From Candidatus Heritagella gallinarum (lineage in GTDB: Bacteria > Bacillota > Clostridia > Oscillospirales > Acutalibacteraceae): a stretch of 64,000 nucleotides of DNA. The position numbers and the translations under genes were made by a program. The stretch's first letter is position 1, and the number at the start of each line of letters is the position of its first letter. The DNA lies in contig CAJFNK010000026.1 in assembly GCA_904394685.1 (NCBI GenBank), positions 8,706 to 72,705 on the forward strand. The letters run 5' to 3'. Of the stretch, positions 63,514-64,000 are shown piece after piece. Below the pieces are notes generated by a model. It ran no database searches. It saw only the letters and a program-made list of their open reading frames with translations, and was not told where the DNA came from.

Positions 63514-64000
63514 TTATGCCAGCGGACGGCAGGCTTCTTCCAGCCAGGAGCGGGTTTCTTCCTCCACATGGGGAGCCAGGGCGTTGTATACTCTCTGATG
63601 ATACTGATCGAGATATTCGATTTCTTCCCAGGTCATCAGGTTCACATCAATTGCGTTGCGGTCAATCGGGAACAGGGTAAGGGGCTCCAGCTTGAGGAAA
63701 CGTCCATATTCCGTTTCTTTCCAGAACACCACTTCCAGCATGTTCTCTGTACGGATTCCGTATTTTCCTTCCATATACAGGCCGGGTTCGTTGGTGATCG
63801 TCATGCCCTCTTTCAGCACGCTGGAAGAACGCTGGCTGAAATTCTGCGGACCTTCGTGGACGCCTGCAAAGAATCCAACGCCATGGCCGGTACCGCAACG
63901 GTAATCCAAGCCATACTTCCACACCTGCTGGCGTGCCAGACAATCCAGCATACCGTCTTTGGTTCCCTCCGGGAAGACTGCCATAGCCAGCTGAATATGG
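63514..64000 (-). CDS. M24 family Xaa-Pro aminopeptidase (N-terminus beyond window)
   Basis: The C-terminal catalytic part has GHGVGFFAGVHE, ITNEPGLY and GIRTEN metal-ligand motifs. The frame stays open to the window edge. Confidence 0.85.
   Translation of the reverse strand, partial: HIQLAMAVFPEGTKDGMLDCLARQQVWKYGLDYRCGTGHGVGFFAGVHEGPQNFSQRSSSVLKEGMTITNEPGLYMEGKYGIRTENMLEVVFWKETEYGRFLKLEPLTLFPIDRNAIDVNLMTWEEIEYLDQYHQRVYNALAPHVEEETRSWLEEACRPLA

Noticed and set aside
1-64000. Searched by eye for rRNA, tRNA, CRISPR arrays, transposases, integrases, phage genes, and toxin-antitoxin or defence modules
   Set aside because: None were found. Every large ORF is explained by a housekeeping or common accessory family. 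The only repeat families are the ~160-bp element and the 15-bp palindrome array reported above.

Overview
This looks like a core chromosomal segment of a spore-forming Firmicute. It is Clostridia-like and looks GC-rich by eye, but the taxon is inferred only from gene content: bofA, yqfC, yqfD, ylbJ, RNase Y/J and a T-box.

About 58 protein genes are tightly packed, and roughly 88% are on the minus strand. The window strings together Bacillus-type micro-syntenies:
- glgD-glgC-glgB
- a thrS gene behind a Thr T-box
- rny
- pdp-cdd-deoD
- feoA-feoB plus a Cys-rich peptide
- yaaL-bofA
- rnr and secG
- parC-parE
- ftsH-hpt-tilS
- dnaB-rplI-gdpP
- rnj
- nifS-nifU
- tadA
- mutS2
- recO-yqzL-era-dgkA-ybeY-phoH-yqfD-yqfC
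- a glpA-like FAD-oxidoreductase triad

Scattered accessory genes include an ABC-2 exporter with a divergent XRE regulator, two esterases, a GH78 rhamnosidase, a His-tailed DMT transporter and a CPBP protease.

I found no rRNA, tRNA, CRISPR, transposase, integrase or recognisable defence or toxin system, and no convincing novel multi-gene system.

The unexplained signals are non-coding:
1. A ~160-bp element with imperfect terminal inverted repeats occurs twice (22707-22869 and 53227-53385), inside housekeeping operons. A possible third fragment lies at 13370-13405.
2. Four exactly 15-bp-phased AATAC-NN-GTATT palindromes sit in the era-recO spacer (52041-52103).

Secondary oddities:
- a yqzL-like frame running 137 nt into recO
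- basic low-complexity tails on GlgB and possibly RNase J
- a His-rich tail on a DMT transporter
- a plus-oriented terminator-like hairpin with no plus-strand gene in the secG-parC gap

All family calls come from motif recognition by eye; no searches were run.
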